A stretch of DNA of 37,704 nucleotides from a virus (lineage: Duplodnaviria; Caudoviricetes), in the IMG/VR virus record IMGVR_UViG_3300049930_000024, positions 1 to 37,704 of that record. One strand, 5' to 3'. The first letter of the stretch is position 1. Each line of letters opens with the position of its first letter. The translations under genes were made by a program, and so were the position numbers. The notes beneath the pieces were generated by a model. The model was not told where the DNA came from, did not search any database, and saw only the letters and a program-made list of their open reading frames with translations. Positions 17,327-24,407 of the stretch are shown one piece after another.

Positions 17327-17504
17327 AAAACACAAATATCCAATCCCAGCTTTTTACATACATAATGGCGGTGACAGAGAACCATTGCACGTCAACGGCA
17401 CAGACGGCAAAGGGAATGCTTGGGTAACATGGAAAAAAGACGGATTTAAAAATATGGTTCCAGAATCGCGATTGGATTTTACTACTATAAAAGGACAAAA
17501 ATGA
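17319..17504 (+). CDS. Hypothetical protein
   Basis: Coupled ORF. Confidence 0.6.
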   Translation: MIKKHKYPIPAFYIHNGGDREPLHVNGTDGKGNAWVTWKKDGFKNMVPESRLDFTTIKGQK

Positions 17505-17728
17505 TTAAGTTTAATTTTTTAGAAAAAAAGGACGTGTTAACTTTCGAGGATGTAGAAGAAGATCAATTTTTTATTAACCAAATCGGGGAATTATGCCAAA
17601 AAACGGACGTAGATTCTTACAGTGTTGTTGCAGACGAAAACGGAAGACCTTATTCGTGGAATAGAAAATGTTGTCCAGAAGAGAATATATCTAAAATATT
17701 CCCCTTTGTAACAAAAATAGAATTTTAA
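17501..17728 (+). CDS. Hypothetical protein
   Basis: AAGGA RBS; ATGA overlap. Confidence 0.65.
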   Translation: MIKFNFLEKKDVLTFEDVEEDQFFINQIGELCQKTDVDSYSVVADENGRPYSWNRKCCPEENISKIFPFVTKIEF

Positions 17729-17736
17729 GGACAAAA

Positions 17737-17922
17737 ATGAGAACAATAAAGGAATGCCTATCACTGATATTAATCATATTAGGCATTATTAGCTTATCGT
17801 TATTTGACTATGCGCTTTTTGGTTTTTCCGGCGACAATCAAAGCCCGGCTACTATAGACTCCGTTGTTATGCCGAGCGGATTGGTATTACATATTTTAGA
17901 GGATGGAGAGTCAAATGAGTGA
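17737..17922 (+). CDS. Small membrane-anchored protein
   Basis: N-terminal hydrophobic helix LSLILIILGIISLSLF. Confidence 0.65.
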   Translation: MRTIKECLSLILIILGIISLSLFDYALFGFSGDNQSPATIDSVVMPSGLVLHILEDGESNE

Positions 17923-18088
17923 TGAGCCGCTAATGGTTGAAATAAAAGTAAATTACAAGGGAATGTACAGTGCGTTAAGAATTAATTTATCTGAATATCA
18001 GAATGAAAAACATTATATTGAAGTGATTAGAGACCATATTGAAATAGCAAAAGAAGTGATTGATAAACAAATAAGGCCGATTGTATGA
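17915..18088 (+). CDS. Hypothetical protein
   Basis: Likely start MSDEPL after GGAGAG. Confidence 0.6.
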   Translation: MSDEPLMVEIKVNYKGMYSALRINLSEYQNEKHYIEVIRDHIEIAKEVIDKQIRPIV

Positions 18089-18330
18089 ATGACTTTACCA
18101 AAGACGAGCTTGAAGAAATTTTGGGGTGTGTAAATAGTATTATTGCTATAAACAAAGAATCCAAAGATTATTTTGGTCCCTTAGCTTATAAAACAGAGGC
18201 AATGATTGATAACTATTGCGAGCACGAATGGAAAAATCATTGCCCCGAATGTAATCCATTAAATATCTATTGTATAAAATGCCGTGAGTATTTAAGAGAT
18301 AATAATAAGATAGATTTATCTACGGTCTGA
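18085..18330 (+). CDS. MNxFTK-MIDNY family paralog D, last gene of the rightward unit
   Basis: MNDFTKDEL...KTEAMIDNYCEHEW...CPEC...CIKC. Confidence 0.8.
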   Translation: MNDFTKDELEEILGCVNSIIAINKESKDYFGPLAYKTEAMIDNYCEHEWKNHCPECNPLNIYCIKCREYLRDNNKIDLSTV

Positions 18331-18889
18331 TTATCACGATTATAAAGATGGTTTTTTACCAAGCTTTTTTGAATTAATTTTATGTATATCTTTCTTATGA
18401 TATTGAGTAGGAGGTTTTTTATTGGATTCAATCCGATCACGATCTTCTTGCTCATGAACCTCATGGTGACAATTAAAGCAAAGCAATTGACATTTATCTA
18501 ACTCAAGAATCAATTTATCCCATGACTTACAAAGTCCCGTTCCAGCAAGCTCATATTCTTTCAATAAAGGATTTTTATGATGGAAAGTTAATGCAACAAT
18601 GGATTTACAATAGCCGCATAATTCACATGACCCACCTTTATAATCAACAGCCTTTTGTTTCATCCTGCGCCTATAGTTAGAAGAATAATCTACCGTGCAA
18701 GCACAACACTTCCATTTTTTAATTTTTATTCCAGTTTCAACATGCTCACAATCACCATGTTTATTGCAATAAAGATATTTTGTCTCTAATATGCGCTTAG
18801 GGCCATGTTTTTTCATTTTAAAACCAATCAGTAAATCTGAATTGAATTATACCATACTTACAATATCCGGTAAGTAAAATAATCAGACC
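18324..18889. repeat. 11-bp inverted repeats bracketing the HNH gene and its promoter
   Basis: GGTCTGATTAT at 18324-18334 and ATAATCAGACC at 18879-18889. Confidence 0.7.
18340..18816 (-). CDS. HNH endonuclease with N-terminal Zn finger
   Basis: CNKHG and CCAC, then YKGGSCELCGY, LTFHH and KCQLLCFNCHHEVH. Confidence 0.85.
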   Translation of the reverse strand: MKKHGPKRILETKYLYCNKHGDCEHVETGIKIKKWKCCACTVDYSSNYRRRMKQKAVDYKGGSCELCGYCKSIVALTFHHKNPLLKEYELAGTGLCKSWDKLILELDKCQLLCFNCHHEVHEQEDRDRIESNKKPPTQYHKKDIHKINSKKLGKKPSL

Positions 18890-18991
18890 TAAGAGCCACA
18901 AAATCACCTAAGTGCTTGTTTTATAAGCGTAATTTACTAATACCAATTTGGTAGAAATTAGTATAAAATTAGTACTAACAAATTGGTTTCA

Positions 18992-19387
18992 TTATGTACA
19001 AGAAATCTGCACAATTCCGTCTCTAGTTGCAAGATAATGTTTCAAATAGGTTAAAATCATCTCCTTAGCCGCATCAAACCCCCAAACAAAAGCAAATTCA
19101 TAATGCCGCCACTTTTTTCGTTCGGCAAACGCCACTTGTTCTTTTGTAGGTTTATTTTTTCCAACCTTTAGCTCAATCCATAATCCTGCTTTGCCGTTTA
19201 AGGGGATTGCCAAAAAGAAATCGGCCACCCCTTTTTTAACGCCCATGCGTTTTAATGTTCTGCCTTGTTGCACTGAGCATTTTCGTTCATTGGCAAAATG
19301 GTGTAAATCATCAGCCAATTCTGGAAATTGATAATTGAACCAATTTACTATATTAATATGTTCGGCCTGTTCGGCGTGTAATGCCAT
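18992..19387 (-). CDS. VRR-NUC domain nuclease
   Basis: HHFANE, MGVKKGVADF and LWIELKVGKNKPTKEQ. Confidence 0.88.
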   Translation of the reverse strand: MALHAEQAEHINIVNWFNYQFPELADDLHHFANERKCSVQQGRTLKRMGVKKGVADFFLAIPLNGKAGLWIELKVGKNKPTKEQVAFAERKKWRHYEFAFVWGFDAAKEMILTYLKHYLATRDGIVQISCT

Positions 19388-19399
19388 CTTAAAATCCTT

Positions 19400-19810
19400 T
19401 TACAATAGCTCAAAATGAACAAGATCGTTAAATTGACTTGGTGAGTTTAATTTGCCTAAACCATTCCATGCGCCCCCCCATCGAATGGAATGGGTCATTT
19501 TCCCTTGGGATTTAAGAATTTGGGCAATACCTAAGACGTAGCCGCCAAACCATGTGTGCAAGCGTTCGTCATTCCAGTTAATTGGGTATGGGATCACATC
19601 AACAGCTTGTGATGGATTTTTGTTATGATTGCCGTGAGGCCAGCGTAATTTACTAAAGCCTTCATCATATGCTTTGTTTTGAGCTTCTTCACCCCTATGA
19701 CCTTCAACAATAGTGCAATCAAATGTTTTAATAACCTCTTTAAATAAAGTTTGTAAATCAATATGACATGTGGCTAATTTAGATAATGATGCGTTGCTAA
19801 ATCTTGGCAT
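19400..19810 (-). CDS. Endolysin, M15-family L-Ala-D-Glu peptidase
   Basis: EGHR, NHN, AVDV, IRWGGAW and DLVHFEL. Confidence 0.9.
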   Translation of the reverse strand: MPRFSNASLSKLATCHIDLQTLFKEVIKTFDCTIVEGHRGEEAQNKAYDEGFSKLRWPHGNHNKNPSQAVDVIPYPINWNDERLHTWFGGYVLGIAQILKSQGKMTHSIRWGGAWNGLGKLNSPSQFNDLVHFELL

Positions 19811-19827
19811 GATTAACTCCTGACAAT

Positions 19828-19851
19828 AAAAAAGGCCGATTTCTCGGCCTT
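19828..19851 (-). terminator. Rho-independent terminator after the structural block
   Basis: Minus strand GGCCGA-gaaa-TCGGCC followed by TTTTTT. Confidence 0.8.
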
Positions 19852-19856
19852 AATAA

Positions 19857-20864
19857 TTAAGCAGCAGCGCGTATTAATTGATAGTTGATTACAGTGTCGT
19901 TTTGCGGATCAGCACTAAACGTAACCGTCAATGTATCGTTGGTTACTACGGCTTGCAGAACAGTAACGTTACCTGTTCCATTATTTACAACTTGCACAAA
20001 CGCTCTATCACTAGCAGCTAACGCGCCTGCCACCGCAAACGCTTCGGCAGCAGCACCACCAACAGAGGTTACTTGACCCATAAACTTAATCACGCCAGAT
20101 GGTGCAATGCCAGTGGATAGCATAGCTAAGTCAACAGCACCCGCGCCAATTGTAGTCACGCCGGCATTGGATATTGTCACATCACCTGTAACAGCGACAG
20201 CCGTGGCTACGTTTCCAGCAGAACCAACGAGTATTTGCGCACTAGGTAAAGCAGCTAACTTGCTAAACGCAATTGCGGCGGCGCTATTAATATCAGCGTT
20301 AACAATGCTATCAGCAGCAATAGCGGTAACCCCTGTGTTTGAAATAGTGACATCGCCTGTTACAGCAACAGATGTCGCCACACCACCCGCACTACCCACC
20401 AATATATTCGCACTGGCAAGTACCGCTAATTTACTAAACGCAATAGCCGCCGCCGCATTAACATCAGCGTTGACAATTGCACCAGCTGTAATACCGAATA
20501 CCCCGGTATTTGTTAATGTAATGTCGCCCGATGGTGTAACGCCTGTAGCTACGTTCAACCCGTTACCGACAAATATATCGCCGTCAGGTAATGTTTCTGA
20601 TAACGTTCCGGGTTGCACTTCCACTGTAAACGTATTGTTATCTTCGTCGTGATTGAAGAAGCCTTCGCCGTCCGCATAATTAATAGCGGCCAAGTCACCC
20701 TCTAGCCATTCAAAATCACCGTTATTAATCGCTTGAATAGATGCTTTAATTGCGGGTTGTTCTAAATACTCAGACGTTGTAATTTCTGCCAGCGTATTGT
20801 CCGTGGTAATACGTACAATTGAAGGCTCAGAACCCCAGTCCCTTGAAATTGCTAAAATAGCCAT
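19857..20864 (-). CDS. Virion fibre/decoration protein with about three 57-aa repeats
   Basis: Repeated GD(I/V)T(L/I)xNxGV...IVNAD(V/I)NxAAAIAFSKLA..ILVGSAG.VAT; AAGGAG RBS. Confidence 0.7.
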   Translation of the reverse strand: MAILAISRDWGSEPSIVRITTDNTLAEITTSEYLEQPAIKASIQAINNGDFEWLEGDLAAINYADGEGFFNHDEDNNTFTVEVQPGTLSETLPDGDIFVGNGLNVATGVTPSGDITLTNTGVFGITAGAIVNADVNAAAAIAFSKLAVLASANILVGSAGGVATSVAVTGDVTISNTGVTAIAADSIVNADINSAAAIAFSKLAALPSAQILVGSAGNVATAVAVTGDVTISNAGVTTIGAGAVDLAMLSTGIAPSGVIKFMGQVTSVGGAAAEAFAVAGALAASDRAFVQVVNNGTGNVTVLQAVVTNDTLTVTFSADPQNDTVINYQLIRAAA

Positions 20865-20879
20865 TTTATCTCCTTATAA

Positions 20880-21089
20880 TTATCTGGTTTTATGTTTCAA
20901 ATTTTTACGTCTTATTCTGTCTATATCATCCATACCTAAATAGCCCACGCCCTCTGCAGCTGCATCGGTTCGCACACCGTACTTCCCAGAGTCCCCGGCG
21001 CGATCAATAAGCTCGTCATGACCTGCGCGTCCTCCTCCTTTCCCTTCCCGCACTTCAATTGGTTTTCTTGGAATATCATCGTAAGCCAT
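20880..21089 (-). CDS. Hypothetical protein
   Basis: AAGGAG RBS. Confidence 0.7.
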   Translation of the reverse strand: MAYDDIPRKPIEVREGKGGGRAGHDELIDRAGDSGKYGVRTDAAAEGVGYLGMDDIDRIRRKNLKHKTR

Positions 21090-21102
21090 GACTCGCTCCT
21101 TG

Positions 21103-21192
21103 TTATTTACAGTCCTTTTTCATTGGCATCTTTTTCTTTTCCATCTTCTTGCCGTCCTTCTTGTCAAGATTACGAACGTTTTTCTCTTCCAT
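21103..21192 (-). CDS. Lys-rich micropeptide (29 aa), not in ORF track
   Basis: MEEKNVRNLDKKDGKKMEKKKMPMKKDCK fills the gap between neighbouring genes. Confidence 0.5.
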   Translation of the reverse strand: MEEKNVRNLDKKDGKKMEKKKMPMKKDCK

Positions 21193-21199
21193 CCTGGAT

Positions 21200-21463
21200 T
21201 TATTGTTCTTCATTTTTAAGTTCCTGTTCTTTTAATTTCAATTCATGTTCAGCGACCAATCGGGCGGCCTCATCTGCCTTAGCCTTTTGAATCCCTTTTT
21301 CTACATCAACAAGATAAATAATTTCTTGTATTCGACCGTTTGTAGTATGAAACTCAGCTTTTGCATACTCTAATTGCTCCGTCAACGCATTAACAGCCTG
21401 TTTGTTATTGGCTAATTGTTGCTGCAATTCTTGAGCACGTAATAATAAATCGTTTAATTCCAT
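21200..21463 (-). CDS. Coiled-coil protein (possible fibre chaperone)
   Basis: Heptad-rich; located after the fibre genes. Confidence 0.65.
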   Translation of the reverse strand: MELNDLLLRAQELQQQLANNKQAVNALTEQLEYAKAEFHTTNGRIQEIIYLVDVEKGIQKAKADEAARLVAEHELKLKEQELKNEEQ

Positions 21464-21479
21464 CTTTTTTCCTTTTTAG

Positions 21480-22121
21480 TTAAAGTAATCCGTAAATAAT
21501 AGCATATCCTGCATTGTTCAAATGTATTCCATCTGTGGTGTACATAGATTTCAAGCCACCCGCATCCGATAAAAGAGCATCAGCGTCAATAAAATCAACG
21601 CCGGAAACGCCTGATAAACTTGCGTTCAATGTAGTAATTTTGCCGTTTGCAGTAACGCATGTCGCACCCTGCATCGCCTCATTGCAGTGTGGCGTAGAGA
21701 TAACATGGACGTTGATGCCTGCATTTTTTAATATATTTATCGTGCCGTTGTACAATGCGAAAATCCAACTTGCCGTTGCTCCACGCCAAAAGTCATTTAT
21801 CCCGATGAGCATATAAACATCAGTCGGGTTTGCAGCGACAACTATATCAATGCGCTGTAACAGTAGCTGTACTGTGTCACCACCGTAACCCTGATTGCCT
21901 ACGCCTGCGCCCCATGAACCATTAGCAATTAATGAATCTCCGAAAAAAACAGTGCTGTATTGAGTGTTTGTAGTTCTCCATAGGTCAATCGTGTCTACCC
22001 ATGAGCACTTGCGTGTCAAAAGTGAATTGGTGAAATACAAAATCTGATTGGGATCGACACACGCACCATTAGTAACTAAGGATGAAATTAGTAATAGCGA
22101 TCCCAATAAATATCTCTTCAT
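21480..22121 (-). CDS. SGNH/GDSL hydrolase with predicted signal peptide
   Basis: Blocks FGDS, NQGYGG, IGIND and DGIH; N-terminus MKRYLLGSLLLISSLV. Confidence 0.9.
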   Translation of the reverse strand: MKRYLLGSLLLISSLVTNGACVDPNQILYFTNSLLTRKCSWVDTIDLWRTTNTQYSTVFFGDSLIANGSWGAGVGNQGYGGDTVQLLLQRIDIVVAANPTDVYMLIGINDFWRGATASWIFALYNGTINILKNAGINVHVISTPHCNEAMQGATCVTANGKITTLNASLSGVSGVDFIDADALLSDAGGLKSMYTTDGIHLNNAGYAIIYGLL

Positions 22122-22122
22122 A

Positions 22123-24030
22123 TTATCTCCGTCTACGAGCGTAAATATTTGCTCTGTTTAAGCTACATGAGCCTGTGAATGTTCCATTTGCCACTATGTA
22201 GACTGTTGTCGTGGAAGCAAGAGAAACCCTTTGAGGTAGAGCCACAATATTACTAGACTGCAATGATGTGCCGCCAATACTTCCGCATAACCCAATGTCT
22301 GGCAATGTAGCAGAAGTTTGACTTATGCCCGCAGTAAGCAGGGTCATTGTAAGTCCGCTAAAGTAACAACTTCCCCATACATCCCAATCACCAGCCGTCA
22401 AAGATATTGATGTTCCATTGACTGATACAGTGCTTGTCAAGGATGTTCCTGGAGACGCCACATCAGAAATCAATTGTCCAACGCTTCCAGCCGCCGCACT
22501 GTCATTTGTGGTCGATCCTATAATTCCAGAAGTGGAGCTAAACGCCACACTGGCAAATGTTACTGCGCTTGAGGTGGCAATGCTTTGAGGTAGGCTTAAT
22601 GTGACGTTTCCAGTAGAAGCAGACGCTAACACCTGATTCGCAGTGCCAGTGATGGATAATACCCCAGCTCCAGCATCGAATAGATAACTGGCGTTCCAGC
22701 TGGCAGCCGTTGTTCCGCTGTTCAATACGCAGGTAATCCATGCCACTGTGTTTGCCGCCATTACCAAGACAGCATTACCGCCAGAAGAGTTAATGGTTAC
22801 GTTGCCAGACGAGTTATTAATTATCTGGTAGGGATGACCAGCAGCAAGAGTCGATGTCACAGGAAGAGTTACAGTCTGAGTTGTTGCTCCTGTAAATTCT
22901 TGTATCTGCTTACTGGCTACTGTCAGCGTAGTTGTTCCAGCAGCTGTAATAGTAGTTGCAAATCCACCCAAGAAGTTATTGGCCGATAAATTCGAATTAG
23001 CATCCCATCCTGCAAATGCAGTTGCTGAAGGCGCAATAGTAACCGAAGAAACACCAGTACCGCCTCGTGCCACAGAAAGCTGTCCAGTCCACCCAAGGGT
23101 TAAGGATGCTGCATTAACCAACGCAGTGGAAGCACTACCCCCAAGTGTTAGTGTCACATTCGTATCATCAGTTCTTGTAAGAGCAGCACCTGTGGGAATT
23201 TGAGCTGTGGTTGCTAAAGTTCCTGATGTTGGGAATGTCACCCCTGTAATACCAGTCATGGTGAAGGTACTAGCAAAAACTCCAACCGTTGCTAGGCTTC
23301 CCCCTAAGGTCAGAGTGGACGCCCCATTATTAACACCAGTACCCCCTGATGAACTGCCTAGCGGAATTGATGACAAAGTTAACCCGCCAAAGGTTGGTGT
23401 ACTTCCTAGCGCAATATCTTGTGGTAATGATGCAGTTACGTTGCCCGTTGGCGCGCTAAAACTAATTTGGTTTGTGGCTCCTGTCAAAGACTGTACGCCC
23501 GATCCAAACAGGCCATCGGCATACGTTTTATTCACTAAATCTGTGCCCGCAACAGGTGCCGCAACCACCGATCCTGATAATAATGCAGCGGTGGATGCGG
23601 TAATAGCAGCACTTGGTATATTGATACCAGCAGGTAGTGTAGTGCTTAAAGAGGGCACTTCACTACCGTTAGTAACAAGCACCGAATTAGCGGCACCTGC
23701 AATAGGTGATACCGCTTGCCCGTTGGCTGCATAAAATGCAATGTCATTTGCAACACCGGGGTTAACCGTACCCGTACCCGTTCCTGACAATTGCGTCCAT
23801 GTAAGGGTGGTCGGATCGTAATACTCATAAACTTCAAGCGTTGTATTAAACCTTAGACGATAATACATAGCCGCGTCAGGCGTAGGTCTATCGCCCGTAA
23901 CACCGGGGGGTAAAAACGTCCATGGGTTATTAAAGCGAGTATTAACGCCGGCATCCAGCCCCACGGTAGTTTCATTATTCGCTAAATCACCACCGTTAGC
24001 AAAATCGCTAAACTTTATCGTATCGACCAT
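22123..24030 (-). CDS. Tail fibre / receptor-binding protein
   Basis: 635 aa, G/T/S/A-rich beta repeats (GGTG, SLPQ.IA) and a C-terminal SLTAGDWDV...ARRRR tip. Confidence 0.8.
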   Translation of the reverse strand: MVDTIKFSDFANGGDLANNETTVGLDAGVNTRFNNPWTFLPPGVTGDRPTPDAAMYYRLRFNTTLEVYEYYDPTTLTWTQLSGTGTGTVNPGVANDIAFYAANGQAVSPIAGAANSVLVTNGSEVPSLSTTLPAGINIPSAAITASTAALLSGSVVAAPVAGTDLVNKTYADGLFGSGVQSLTGATNQISFSAPTGNVTASLPQDIALGSTPTFGGLTLSSIPLGSSSGGTGVNNGASTLTLGGSLATVGVFASTFTMTGITGVTFPTSGTLATTAQIPTGAALTRTDDTNVTLTLGGSASTALVNAASLTLGWTGQLSVARGGTGVSSVTIAPSATAFAGWDANSNLSANNFLGGFATTITAAGTTTLTVASKQIQEFTGATTQTVTLPVTSTLAAGHPYQIINNSSGNVTINSSGGNAVLVMAANTVAWITCVLNSGTTAASWNASYLFDAGAGVLSITGTANQVLASASTGNVTLSLPQSIATSSAVTFASVAFSSTSGIIGSTTNDSAAAGSVGQLISDVASPGTSLTSTVSVNGTSISLTAGDWDVWGSCYFSGLTMTLLTAGISQTSATLPDIGLCGSIGGTSLQSSNIVALPQRVSLASTTTVYIVANGTFTGSCSLNRANIYARRRR

Positions 24031-24057
24031 CTCACAGTTCCTTGTGATTATGAATCA

Positions 24058-24393
24058 TTAACCTTGTAATTGCCTTAATGAAACGCCTACATAAGCCGTA
24101 GCGTCTGGTGTAATAAAGTGTAGCACATCACCACCTTTGACGTAGCGTTTTTTAGGTTTAAACTCATTGTATTGCTCTGTTCCTACTGTACCGCTGGCAG
24201 GGACTGCAGGCACCCCGTTTAGGCGAACAAAAACATTGGACGTATTCGTGTATTCAAAATACGCCTGATATTGCTGCAACGCAGTACCGGGAACAGTAAA
24301 CGTCTCTTCCGTGTTGGCTGCGCAATTAACTTGTACTGCTGTATCGCTAAACGGCATAGTTTCTATATAGTTTGCATTGTATGAAATAGTCAT
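24058..24393 (-). CDS. Small virion structural protein
   Basis: Beta-rich, 111 aa, between tail genes. Confidence 0.65.
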   Translation of the reverse strand: MTISYNANYIETMPFSDTAVQVNCAANTEETFTVPGTALQQYQAYFEYTNTSNVFVRLNGVPAVPASGTVGTEQYNEFKPKKRYVKGGDVLHFITPDATAYVGVSLRQLQG

Positions 24394-24407
24394 TTCTTGT
24401 CCTTAAG

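Noticed and set aside
14633-18330. Diversity-generating retroelement or CRISPR-like array behind the paralog repeats
   Set aside because: No reverse transcriptase, differences are not adenine-specific, and the repeats are irregularly spaced and protein-coding.
19885-23734. Long plus-strand ORFs (e.g. 20107-20652, 23207-23734)
   Set aside because: Antisense shadows of Ala/Gly/Thr-rich fibre genes, with no RBS or recognisable motifs.
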